64,000 bases of DNA, from contig SCUJ01000011.1 of NCBI GenBank assembly GCA_004297165.1, forward strand, positions 128,095-192,094, read 5' to 3'. The position numbers were made by a program, and so were the translations under genes. Source of the DNA: Gammaproteobacteria bacterium (GTDB taxonomy: Bacteria > Pseudomonadota > Gammaproteobacteria > Eutrophobiales > Eutrophobiaceae). Positions 10,832-19,486 of the stretch are shown here, one piece after another. Position 1 is the first letter of the stretch. Every line of letters begins with the position of its first letter. Under the pieces are notes generated by a model. It was not told the origin of the DNA. It was given only the letters and a program-made list of their open reading frames with translations, and did not search any database.

Positions 10832-12247
10832 ATGACCAAAAAACAATCTTTCCTGAACGCTTGCGGCGCCCTGTTGATCGGGCTCGCGGCGATCCATTCG
10901 CCGCCAGCCCTCGCCGTCAATGACGCCATGCTGGATCTGCTCAGGATCCTGCGCGACAAGGGCAGTCTAACCCAGGATGAATACGAAATGTTGATCAACG
11001 CATCAAAGGCTGACGCCGAGCACGTGAATTTCGCCAAGGAAGAGGTCAAGCGCATCGACACGACCAACATCGTCACCAAGGACAAATTATCCTTCACGTC
11101 CAAGGATGGCGATTTCGAATGGCAGCCCATCGGCCGGATCATGGCGGATTATCACATCGTCGATTCCGATCTCTCGGCCATCGACACCGAAGGTGCGTTC
11201 CGGCGCGCCCGGCTCGGGATGCAGGGCAAGATGTGGGGCAAATGGATTTGGAAGCTCGAATATGACTTCTCAAGTGGCTCCGCCGACATGAAGGACGGCT
11301 ACGTAGGCTACGAACAGGCCTACGCCAACGGCAAATGGAACATCAAGGCGGGGCAGCATCACATTCCTTTCGGCATTGCCACCATGTCGAGCTCCAAATA
11401 CCTGACCCTGCTGGAGCGACCATTGCTGGCCGATGGCGAACTGCAACCCGCCCGCAACCTGGGCTTATCCGGTTTCATCCATGGCGGAGAGGTCTGGACG
11501 TTGAATGCCGGCGTCTACGGGGCCAGCGAAGGCACGCCGGCGGACCCGAATACTTTCGAAGAGGTGAACATCGCCGCGCGCGGCACCTGGAATCCGTACC
11601 TGAAGGACCCGGTGCATCTACTGTATGTTGGCGGTTCGATCTGGTACAGAAACCCGAACGATTCCAGTTTGCGGATCCGGCAGCGTCCGGGCGTGATCCG
11701 CGCAGCGGATGAACGCTTTATCGACGCCAATTTCGGAACCGGCCTCGCCGAGGACGTGCTCGCCTTCGACGCGGAAGGCGTGGCCATCTGGGGTCCGTTC
11801 CACCTGCAGGGCGAATATGTCCACTGGAATGTCACACCGACCACACCCACGGCCTGGAGCGCTGTCGAACCCGGGGATGTTGACTTGAACGGGTACTACA
11901 TCGAGGCGAGTTACTTCCTGACCGGTGAATCGATGAACTTGAAGACGGCCGAAGGCGTCTTCAGCGGGGTGAAACCATTCGCCATCGCCGGCAAGGGCGG
12001 AATCGGCGCCTGGCAGGTGGCGATCCGTTACGACGTTATGGATCTGAACGATTTTGTCACCGGGGCGGGCGCCGGAGTGCGCGGGGGTCTGGAACGCGAC
12101 CTGCGCATCGGTCTGAAGTGGTACCCCACGCAGAACCTGAACTTCATGGCTGACTACACCACGGTCCTCGAACTGGATCGACCCGGCAGCTCTCGCGACA
12201 GTGACGAACCCGGCGCCTTCAATCTGCGCGCATTGGTTTACTGGTAA
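10832..12247 (+). CDS. Phosphate-selective porin O/P family outer-membrane protein
   Basis: 471 aa; signal peptide (LIGLAAIHSPPALA), beta-rich sequence ending in the aromatic residues ...YW; the length and location next to phoBR-pst fit an OprO/OprP-type porin. Confidence 0.7.
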   Translation: MTKKQSFLNACGALLIGLAAIHSPPALAVNDAMLDLLRILRDKGSLTQDEYEMLINASKADAEHVNFAKEEVKRIDTTNIVTKDKLSFTSKDGDFEWQPIGRIMADYHIVDSDLSAIDTEGAFRRARLGMQGKMWGKWIWKLEYDFSSGSADMKDGYVGYEQAYANGKWNIKAGQHHIPFGIATMSSSKYLTLLERPLLADGELQPARNLGLSGFIHGGEVWTLNAGVYGASEGTPADPNTFEEVNIAARGTWNPYLKDPVHLLYVGGSIWYRNPNDSSLRIRQRPGVIRAADERFIDANFGTGLAEDVLAFDAEGVAIWGPFHLQGEYVHWNVTPTTPTAWSAVEPGDVDLNGYYIEASYFLTGESMNLKTAEGVFSGVKPFAIAGKGGIGAWQVAIRYDVMDLNDFVTGAGAGVRGGLERDLRIGLKWYPTQNLNFMADYTTVLELDRPGSSRDSDEPGAFNLRALVYW

Positions 12248-12275
12248 AACCAGGCCAGTAATTATCTCTTGTTTG

Positions 12276-12312
12276 AACCCCTCTTCCTGCCTGGGAGAGG
12301 GGTTTTCTTTTT
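12276..12312 (+). terminator. Rho-independent terminator of the porin gene
   Basis: Stem AACCCCTCT / AGAGGGGTT with an 11-nt loop, followed by TTTTCTTTTT. Confidence 0.6.
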
Positions 12313-12442
12313 CCTGACACACCCGTCCTGGAAATTAAAGTAAGCAAACTGGACACCCCGAATATCGACTGCCTATACTTGCCTCATCAACCATCCTGAT
12401 GCTCAACAAGGAGGTTTCCCGCATGTCCAGACGGAGTGCAAT

Positions 12443-12862
12443 ATGAAAATACTTTTCGTCGCCGGCTTCGCGCCAATTACGCCTGACCCGCCAGCAAGCA
12501 AGTCGCTGTACGTTGGCGCGCTGGGGCTCCCGCTACACGACAGAGACGGCTACCTTTCGACCGAAAGCATGGATGGCGTCAAGCACTTCGGCGTGTGGCC
12601 TCTGCGCGCCGCGGCGCAGTCATGCTTCGGGTCCGATGCGTGGCCAGCCCATACACCCACTCCCACGGCGACGCTCGAATTTGAGTTGGAAAGTTCGGAT
12701 GCTGTCGCGGATGCGGTGGAAGAACTCCAGCGGCAAGGCACGCGTTTCATCCACGCTGCCCGCACCGAGCCGTGGGGCCAAACGGTTGCACGCTTCATGA
12801 GCCCGGAAGGGGTTCTGATCGGTCTGAGTCACGCACCATGGCTGCATCGGAAGTCGGAGTAG
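12443..12862 (+). CDS. VOC/glyoxalase-family protein
   Basis: 139 aa; weak resemblance to the glyoxalase/bleomycin-resistance fold; assignment tentative. Confidence 0.45.
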   Translation: MKILFVAGFAPITPDPPASKSLYVGALGLPLHDRDGYLSTESMDGVKHFGVWPLRAAAQSCFGSDAWPAHTPTPTATLEFELESSDAVADAVEELQRQGTRFIHAARTEPWGQTVARFMSPEGVLIGLSHAPWLHRKSE

Positions 12863-13015
12863 CGCAAGTACCGGTTTACTTGCAGGACAGGAGCAGTTTC
12901 ACTCGCTCCCCAAGCGCCTCACACCTTGCAAAACGGGAGGGATTATTTCTCCCTGCATGCCCTTAGGTGTGGGCCGGTTGAGTTTCATTGTCGAGACTCT
13001 TAAGATTGAAATCAC

Positions 13016-13231
13016 ATGAGCAAGTATTTCACTACTGAAGATGCCGCCAAGTACCTTGGCGTAACCCCCTCAAGGATTCGCCAATTTATCGCCGAGGATA
13101 GACTGGAGTCTGAGAAATACGGTCGCGATCACCTCATCCCGGAAGGCGGGCTCAAAGAGTTTGCTAAGACAGGGAAAAAGAAGCGCGGGAGGCCAAGGAA
13201 AGACGACAATAATAACTTGCGCGTGCGTTAG
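13016..13231 (+). CDS. Small helix-turn-helix DNA-binding protein with a C-terminal basic AT-hook-like tail (KKRGRPRK)
   Basis: 71 aa; the motif TTEDAAKYLGVTPSRIRQFI is HTH-like; sits 22 bp upstream of the MTase on the same strand in a low-GC region; may act as an R-M controller or be excisionase-like. Confidence 0.55.
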   Translation: MSKYFTTEDAAKYLGVTPSRIRQFIAEDRLESEKYGRDHLIPEGGLKEFAKTGKKKRGRPRKDDNNNLRVR

Positions 13232-13252
13232 GAATATGAAAAACTCCATCTC

Positions 13253-14140
13253 ATGGCAACAGTCATGAAACCAGGGATACATGAAAGCCTGCGTCGGCCT
13301 ACAGATGAACGGCCTATAGTGGTGCTTCATGGAGATACGCGGGAATTGATACGACAACTCCCGGATGACACATTTCAGTGTGCGGTTACGTCGCCTCCTT
13401 ATTGGGGCGTCCGGGACTACGGCGTAAAACACCAGATCGGCGCTGAACCAGATCTCCATGCCTATGTGAAGGATCTAGTCGATATCTTCCGAGAGGTTCG
13501 CCGAGTCTTGAAGCCGGATGGTACATTCTGGCTGAACATCGGGAATACATATACCTCTGGCGGCAGAAAGTGGCGGGACGACGACGAGAAAAATAAGGGG
13601 CGGGGTATGTCCTACCGTCCCCCGACGCCTCCGGGATTGAAGAAAAAGGATCTCATCGGGATAGCCTGGCTCCTTGCCTTGGAGTGTCAGAAAGACGGCT
13701 GGTATCTAAGAAACGACATCATCTGGTACAAACCGAATTGCCAACCGGAAAGCGTCAGGGATCGCTTTACGGTATCTCACGAGTATCTATTTCTTTTTTC
13801 GAAATCCGAACATTATCTTTTTGACCAAGAAGCAATCAAAGAGCGAACCGCCGACGGTAATGGCGTAAAGAACCGCCGCACAGTATGGTCCATCAACACG
13901 GAACCGTGCCCGGAGGCCCACTTCGCGGTATTCCCCAGGGCGCTTGTCCGACCCTGCCTCTTGGCGGGCAGCCGATCCAATGATCTCGTTTTAGATCCTT
14001 TCTATGGAGCGGGGACGGTCGGGATCGTTGCCAAGGAACTGGGACGCCGCTGCGTCGGGATCGAGATCAAGGACGAGTTTATAGCGATTGCCGACAAACG
14101 AACATCATCGGTTCAGGCCTCGCTTATCCCGCTGGTATAG
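13253..14140 (+). CDS. DNA methyltransferase, beta-class with SPPY motif (probably N4-cytosine)
   Basis: Catalytic motif TSPPYW (motif IV) lies N-terminal of the AdoMet-binding motif FDPFYGAGT (beta-class order); 295 aa. Confidence 0.85.
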   Translation: MATVMKPGIHESLRRPTDERPIVVLHGDTRELIRQLPDDTFQCAVTSPPYWGVRDYGVKHQIGAEPDLHAYVKDLVDIFREVRRVLKPDGTFWLNIGNTYTSGGRKWRDDDEKNKGRGMSYRPPTPPGLKKKDLIGIAWLLALECQKDGWYLRNDIIWYKPNCQPESVRDRFTVSHEYLFLFSKSEHYLFDQEAIKERTADGNGVKNRRTVWSINTEPCPEAHFAVFPRALVRPCLLAGSRSNDLVLDPFYGAGTVGIVAKELGRRCVGIEIKDEFIAIADKRTSSVQASLIPLV

Positions 14141-14891
14141 CGAACTCCCAAACCGCGTGAATGCGGCAAAGGTCCTTACGAAGATTCTTGATCTGTAGTT
14201 TCCGTTCGCTCCCCGCATCGAAGTAAAGCTCAAACATCAAATCTCTGTTGGGCTTGTACACACGACAGTATCCAGGCTTTGGGAACTGCGCGCTGTCTAT
14301 CATCATTTTCAACTCACCGTTTACAGTCTGAGCCAATACCCGCTTTGGTATTTCGACCAACTCGTACTTCCAGCGCGGCGCTCTCGCCAAAGTCCGGAGA
14401 CTCAGGATTCTTTGGTAGTTCTTCAAGTGAGCCATGAATTGATCTCTTAGGGCCTCCAAATCCCTGGGATCATCTCCCCAGTGTCCCTTGCCCAGTTCCA
14501 TAAACTTGCTGATCCAAAGCTTGTCTTCTTTAATGCCTTTGTCAGCTTGCGTTTTAAGCGACACCTTGACGTTATCAATCGTCGCATCGTGACCGGGGTT
14601 TCCTTTGGGAGCAAGTATTGCCTTGTATCCGCTCATGTTCAGCACCTGAACGAGCACATACTCGAATTTGTCCTTAGTGAAAGGCTCGGCGGAAAAACTA
14701 TGATGCACGCGCATGGCATCGCCGAAGTTTTGGAGCGTCTCCTGGTCAAAAAGATCCGAATTGCTCAGGGTAAAGTTGTGTTCCGCGCCAAAGACGGCCA
14801 CAACACGCTGCAACCAATGCAATTGTCCCGCAGTCAGTTCCGGGATAGCGCCCACAAGCTGCTTTACGAGTTGAAGTTTATCGTTGGTCAT
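14124..14891 (-). CDS. Hypothetical protein, putative Type II restriction endonuclease partner of the adjacent MTase
   Basis: 255 aa, convergent with the MTase and overlapping its 3' end by 17 bp; low GC; no recognisable family from sequence alone, so the call rests on context. Confidence 0.4.
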   Translation of the reverse strand: MTNDKLQLVKQLVGAIPELTAGQLHWLQRVVAVFGAEHNFTLSNSDLFDQETLQNFGDAMRVHHSFSAEPFTKDKFEYVLVQVLNMSGYKAILAPKGNPGHDATIDNVKVSLKTQADKGIKEDKLWISKFMELGKGHWGDDPRDLEALRDQFMAHLKNYQRILSLRTLARAPRWKYELVEIPKRVLAQTVNGELKMMIDSAQFPKPGYCRVYKPNRDLMFELYFDAGSERKLQIKNLRKDLCRIHAVWEFAIPAG

Positions 14892-15142
14892 AACTATTCA
14901 GACATTTAATCAGTGGGCCAAACCACATGTTCAGATTTATCGTTGCAGATTGGGGGCAGACCAGTCTACTTTAATTAATCGTACATTATGTTCGGGTTGA
15001 GTTCAGCAGGGCTTTTCCATGCAATGATATAGTCGTTCCTGAGAATTTCCTTTTTAATCCCCCAATACAAATGACACCACCCCAAGGAACGGGCATCTGG
15101 TGGAAATCCTAATGCCTCACCGCAATCCGTGAGTCGGCGCCG

Positions 15143-16276
15143 CTAATGCCGGGTTCTTTGTTTGTGTTCGTACATGGCGGCGTCCGCATGCTTCAGCAGT
15201 TGCAAGGGTAGTTCCCCATCGTCCGGAAATACGGCGATGCCGATGCTGGCCCGGAGCGGAAAGGATCGATCGCGCAACTCGAAGGGCAGTTCAAGGGCGG
15301 CTTGCAGCTTTCCGGCCGCGCCGTGGACATCCTCCTTGTTCCGCAGATTGGTCATGAGCACGATGAACTCGTCGCCCCCAACCCGTGCGACAGTGTCCAT
15401 TTCGCGTGTCTGCTTCAGCAGCCGCACGGCCACTTCCTTGAGGACGGCATCGCCCGCGTCGTGACCCAGTTCGTCATTAACCGCCTTGAAGCCATCGAGA
15501 TCGAAATAGATGATCCCGAGGCGATGTCCGTAACGACGGGCGACGCTGATCGCCACGGAGATCCTGTCGTCCAGCAACAGGCGGTTGGCGAGGCCGGTGA
15601 GGCTATCGCTGTGAGCCAGGACGTGGAGCCGGAGTTCGCTCGCATGACTCCGCCGTTCCCGCCAGAATGCCAAAACAATCAAATAGGCGATGAATGCAAG
15701 GGAACTTACGAGCAGACCCCGGGCCGCCGCGAGACCGGCATCGATGTCCTGGTTTATGGGCTCCTCCCCGTCACCCAGCACGGCCATCACCGTCAGGAAC
15801 GCGGAGGAGTTTTTGTATACAAGCTCGTCCATTTCGTTGTGTTCCGCTCCCAGACCGGGGCCCGCGGCAAGCGCCGCCCGGATGCGCAGCAGCTCCAGTT
15901 CGAGCGTCGCCCACTCTTCATAACGCGCTTGCAGCAACAAGACCAACTGCCGGGCCTGTTCGTTGTAACTCGCGAGAGCCAGATATCCCGTGAGTTTCCG
16001 GCGGCCGTCGGATATCGCTCTATCGATGTCGGCAATGGCGGAAGCGTCCCCGGCGGACTGTGACTGGCGAAACTCCGCCTGTTTCAATGCCAGGAAAGGA
16101 CGCCGCATCTGATCGAGCATCCGCATGGCCGCCTGCCCGTCCTCGCCGCGCTGAAGCGCGGCGAAATAATCGTAATGGAAAACCGTCCCCCCATAGACCA
16201 GGACCCCGAGGACCCCCAAACCCAGCGTGATCCAGGTATCCCGTCTGTGCTGCCGGGGCGCTTGTTTAGTTATCAT
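15143..16276 (-). CDS. Membrane-anchored diguanylate cyclase (GGDEF domain) with a periplasmic sensor region
   Basis: Two TM segments flank a helical periplasmic region; the C-terminal GGDEF domain has an intact GGDEF motif (RVGGDEFIVL) and I-site-like RxxD. Confidence 0.85.
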   Translation of the reverse strand: MITKQAPRQHRRDTWITLGLGVLGVLVYGGTVFHYDYFAALQRGEDGQAAMRMLDQMRRPFLALKQAEFRQSQSAGDASAIADIDRAISDGRRKLTGYLALASYNEQARQLVLLLQARYEEWATLELELLRIRAALAAGPGLGAEHNEMDELVYKNSSAFLTVMAVLGDGEEPINQDIDAGLAAARGLLVSSLAFIAYLIVLAFWRERRSHASELRLHVLAHSDSLTGLANRLLLDDRISVAISVARRYGHRLGIIYFDLDGFKAVNDELGHDAGDAVLKEVAVRLLKQTREMDTVARVGGDEFIVLMTNLRNKEDVHGAAGKLQAALELPFELRDRSFPLRASIGIAVFPDDGELPLQLLKHADAAMYEHKQRTRH

Positions 16277-16589
16277 TGAAGCCCCCTGTTATCGTCCATT
16301 CCGGACCCGACTCATGCTGGCCAGCCTGAAAAAAGCGCCCAACACTACCAAAAACCACTACCGGCAAGCAACCGATGCAGTGCCCGAGTTCGGAGGAGAG
16401 GTTGCCATTCACCCAATGGCCGCCATCAGGGTCTGCTTCGGGTCGTCTTTCAGTCTGGAAAGAGGTGGCTTTTTTCTTAACCCGCTGATTTATAATTAAT
16501 GTCGCGTATCCTTCGGGTCAATGTCGTGGTCATGTCGTATTTATTCTCACTGGGCTCGGTAAGATTGATCGAACCTTTAAAATGATGGT

Positions 16590-17054
16590 GTGAGCATGAT
16601 TGTCAGAAAACTTCGATTACAGCGGGGATGGTCTCAAAGTCAGCTGGCGGAAATGGCTGGCGTTACTTCACGGACTATTCAACGGATTGAACAAGGTCAA
16701 AAATCGAGTTTGGAAACAAGCAAGGCTCTGGCATCGGTTTTCGAGGTTGATCTGTCCATATTCCAACCTGAGGAAGAAACCATGATTAAAGAAAGTAATT
16801 TAAAAGACGATGAGCTGGAAGCCATGCTTTATGCCAAGCGCATTAAGGAGTTTTATGAGTTTCTGATAGGTTACTTATCTTGTGCGGCGGTATTCCTCAT
16901 GGCGTTCCATGGTCATCCCCTGATTTACATCGTATTAGGATTCGTGGGCGTGGGTTTGATCATTCAGGGGCTGATAGCTTTTGAAGTTATAGGTTTTTTT
17001 GGCCCCAACTGGGAAAAGAAATTAATTGAAAAAAAGTTGGGCAGAAAACTTTAG
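16590..17054 (+). CDS. XRE-family HTH transcriptional regulator with two C-terminal TM helices
   Basis: N-terminus LRLQRGWSQSQLAEMAGVTSRTIQRIEQG is a Cro/C1-type HTH; the C-terminus is hydrophobic (LSCAAVFLMAF..., IVLGFVGVGLIIQGLIAF). Confidence 0.7.
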   Translation: MSMIVRKLRLQRGWSQSQLAEMAGVTSRTIQRIEQGQKSSLETSKALASVFEVDLSIFQPEEETMIKESNLKDDELEAMLYAKRIKEFYEFLIGYLSCAAVFLMAFHGHPLIYIVLGFVGVGLIIQGLIAFEVIGFFGPNWEKKLIEKKLGRKL

Positions 17055-17068
17055 CAACGTATAAAAAA

Positions 17069-17088
17069 CCCCCTCCCGTAAATACCGG
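17069..17088. repeat. Dispersed intergenic motif CCCCCTCCCGTAAAT(A)CCGG, copy 1; copy 2 is at 21439..21457
   Basis: Identical 15-mer plus conserved CCGG present at both sites; seen directly in the sequence. Confidence 0.6.
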
Positions 17089-17137
17089 CGATGTCCAGGG
17101 GGGAGAGTGCCGGTACGCGGGAGGAGGTCTGGCAGAC

Positions 17138-18115
17138 TTACTGAATCTTCGCCAGTTCCTTGGCGGCGACCGCGGCCGGCAGCGGGATGTAGCCATCCTT
17201 CACGACCACTCCCTGACCGATCCTGGACAGGACCATCCTGATGAACTCGCCTTCGAGCGGCGGCAACGGTTTGTTGGGCGCCTTGTTGACATAGATATAG
17301 AGAAAGCGGTTCAGGGGATATGTGCCGCTCACGGCGTTTTCCGCGTTCGGCTCGACGAACTCCTCGCCCGACACGGCAAGCGGGACGGCCCTGACCCCCG
17401 AGGTCCGGTAACCGATGCCGGAGTAGCCGACGCCATTGATGGACTTCGTGACCCCCTGCACCACCGAGGCCGAACCCGGTTGTTCGTTCACGGTATTCTT
17501 GAAGTCTCCGTTGCAGAGCGCGGTTTCCTTGAAGAAACCGTAAGTGCCGGAGACGGAATTGCGTCCGAACATCTGCATGGTCCGGGGGGCCCACTCACCG
17601 GTCAGGCCAAGCTGACCCCAGTTGGTCAGGTCCTCGGGATTACCGCACTTGCGGGTTGCCGAAAATATCGCGTCCACCTGTTGCAGGGTCAGGCCCTTAT
17701 CCGCGATGGGATTGTCCTTGTTTACATACACGGCCAGCGCGTCGATGGCCACGGAGATCGCGGTCGGCTTGTAACCGTAGCGGGATTCGAACGAGGCGAT
17801 CTCGCCGGGTTTCATCGCCCGGCTCATCGGGCCGAAGTTGGCCGTGCCTTCGATCAACGCGGGCGGGGCGGTGGAGGATCCGGCTGCCTGGATCTGGACG
17901 GTGACGTTCGGATAAAGGCCTTTGAACTCCTCCGCCCACAAGGTCATCAGGTTGGCCAGGGTGTCCGATCCGACGCTGACGACGCTGCCGGAAACGCCGC
18001 TGGCCTTGGCATAATCGGGGAGCCCGACATCGACGGTTTCGCTCGCGTGGCTTGAATACGGCAACAACATGGCGCAGGAAAGGCCAGCCAATGTAGTGAA
18101 TATATTCTTGATCAT
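17138..18115 (-). CDS. pstS: Second phosphate-binding protein PstS paralog (stand-alone)
   Basis: About 85% identical to the operonic PstS over most of its length ([21 protein letters not shown]...); start chosen at [12 protein letters not shown] (signal peptide) with a GGAG RBS. Confidence 0.85.
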   Translation of the reverse strand: MIKNIFTTLAGLSCAMLLPYSSHASETVDVGLPDYAKASGVSGSVVSVGSDTLANLMTLWAEEFKGLYPNVTVQIQAAGSSTAPPALIEGTANFGPMSRAMKPGEIASFESRYGYKPTAISVAIDALAVYVNKDNPIADKGLTLQQVDAIFSATRKCGNPEDLTNWGQLGLTGEWAPRTMQMFGRNSVSGTYGFFKETALCNGDFKNTVNEQPGSASVVQGVTKSINGVGYSGIGYRTSGVRAVPLAVSGEEFVEPNAENAVSGTYPLNRFLYIYVNKAPNKPLPPLEGEFIRMVLSRIGQGVVVKDGYIPLPAAVAAKELAKIQ

Positions 18116-18227
18116 GGTGACTCCAGATAAATTTGTGATGGTTGATTGCAGATATCCTGCATACCTCGGATGCCGCTTAGCGCCGGCTTCCTGGCCCGCA
18201 CTTTGGATCATTCCGATGTCATGGCGA

Positions 18228-18256
18228 TGTAAATTTCATGACCAATTGAAGACAGC
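18228..18256 (-). promoter_or_regulatory. Candidate tandem Pho-box-like repeats upstream of pstS2
   Basis: The minus strand reads CTGTCTT-CAAT-TGGTCAT-GAAA-TTTACAT, a 7-4-7-4-7 periodicity with 4-5/7 matches to CTGTCAT, about 110-140 bp upstream of the start. Confidence 0.3.
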
Positions 18257-18280
18257 CTGGAGCCGGGCCCTGAGATGGAC

Positions 18281-18616
18281 TCACTCGCCAAGCGCAGCGA
18301 CCGGTCGTTCAAGGTCGATGCCACAGGGCAGGCAGACCAGCTCATCCTGGTCTCCCAGGCACACCTCGAAGATGAGATTTTGTTCCTGTTCTTTTCTCAG
18401 ACGATCCTGCATCCGCTGCTGAATCCTTGAATCCAGTTCCGCCGCCCTGGCGGCGATCATCACGGAGATATCGTCCCGTTTCCTTGTTTCACTTCCCTCC
18501 GCCTGGACCCGGGGGATGCTGCTTCCAAACGCGATAATCATCGCGACGACGTAAACCCTATTTCCCGCCAATTCCCGTAACATGTTCACTCTCCTCTCGA
18601 TAGATACGGCGCGCAT
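18281..18616 (-). CDS. Hypothetical small protein (possible signal peptide)
   Basis: 111-aa ORF in an otherwise empty gap; hydrophobic N-region; no family recognised; may not be real. Confidence 0.25.
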   Translation of the reverse strand: MRAVSIERRVNMLRELAGNRVYVVAMIIAFGSSIPRVQAEGSETRKRDDISVMIAARAAELDSRIQQRMQDRLRKEQEQNLIFEVCLGDQDELVCLPCGIDLERPVAALGE

Positions 18617-18771
18617 TCTGAGGTCCGGTTGTTACAATCGGATAAAGAAACAGGGAAATACACATTAAGAATTGTTGCCCGCGAGGAATATTTGCGTTGC
18701 TTTGACAGACGATTTTTCCGACGATATGAAAATCCCGGGTCAAACAGCCGCCCAGGCTGGAGGTTAACCAG

Positions 18772-19446
18772 ATGCGCACCATCGCCAAGGTCTTCGGACA
18801 ATCGCCCTTCATCCCCATGCAGTTGCACATGGAGAAGGTGGCGGAGTCCGTCAACATGCTGCCGTCGATCTTCGCGGCCTATCGCCAGGGGGACAGCGTG
18901 CTGGTGCGGGATCTGTCGGAGAAGATCTCCCGCCGGGAGCACGAGGCGGATCAGATCAAGAACGACATCCGCAACAGCATGCCGCGCGGCCTGTTCATGC
19001 CCGTGGACCGGACCAATCTGGAGCGCATGATCTCCATCCAGGACAGCATCGCCAACTGCGCCGAGGATATCGGGGTGCTGCTCACCTTCAAGCAGGCCGG
19101 CGCTTTCGAGGGCTTCGCTGCAGGCTTCGACGGTTTCCTCAATCTCAGCCTGGAGGCATTCGGCCTGGCGCGAAATATCATCGAGGCGCTGGATGAATTG
19201 CTGGAGACCGGCTTCGGCGGCGTCGAGGCGCAGGCTGTCCGTAATCTCGTGGACCAGGTCGCAACGAAGGAGCACGAAACCGATGTCCGGCAACAGGAAC
19301 TGGTGCGGCTCATCCTCAAGCACGAGCAGGATATCAGCTATGGGGATTTCTACCTGTGGACGCGCATCATCCAGAAGGTGGCGGCGATCGCCGATCGCTC
19401 GGAAAATCTGGCCCTTGAGGTAAGAATCACGCTCGATTCCAAATAA
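18772..19446 (+). CDS. DUF47/TIGR00153-family (PhoU-like) protein paired with the Pit transporter
   Basis: 224 aa, helical, with the typical DUF47 N-terminus (MxxIAKVFGQSPF..); conserved upstream partner of PiT-family transporters. Confidence 0.8.
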   Translation: MRTIAKVFGQSPFIPMQLHMEKVAESVNMLPSIFAAYRQGDSVLVRDLSEKISRREHEADQIKNDIRNSMPRGLFMPVDRTNLERMISIQDSIANCAEDIGVLLTFKQAGAFEGFAAGFDGFLNLSLEAFGLARNIIEALDELLETGFGGVEAQAVRNLVDQVATKEHETDVRQQELVRLILKHEQDISYGDFYLWTRIIQKVAAIADRSENLALEVRITLDSK

Positions 19447-19486
19447 ACTCAAAACAACAAGAACAATACCTGCTCAAGTTTTTCCC

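Noticed and set aside
12863-13015. Searched for a tRNA or att site at the left edge of the low-GC islet
   Set aside because: No cloverleaf-compatible sequence or obvious direct repeat found by eye; only an 8-bp TCTTAAGA palindrome of uncertain meaning.
17056-17137. Bidirectional terminator between XRE and pstS2
   Set aside because: G/C-rich segments flank a T/A tract, but I could not define a clean stem; left uncalled.
18617-18771. TTGACAG-containing sequence upstream of the DUF47-pit pair as a Pho box
   Set aside because: Only a single inverted-orientation half-site; no 7-4-7 direct-repeat structure.
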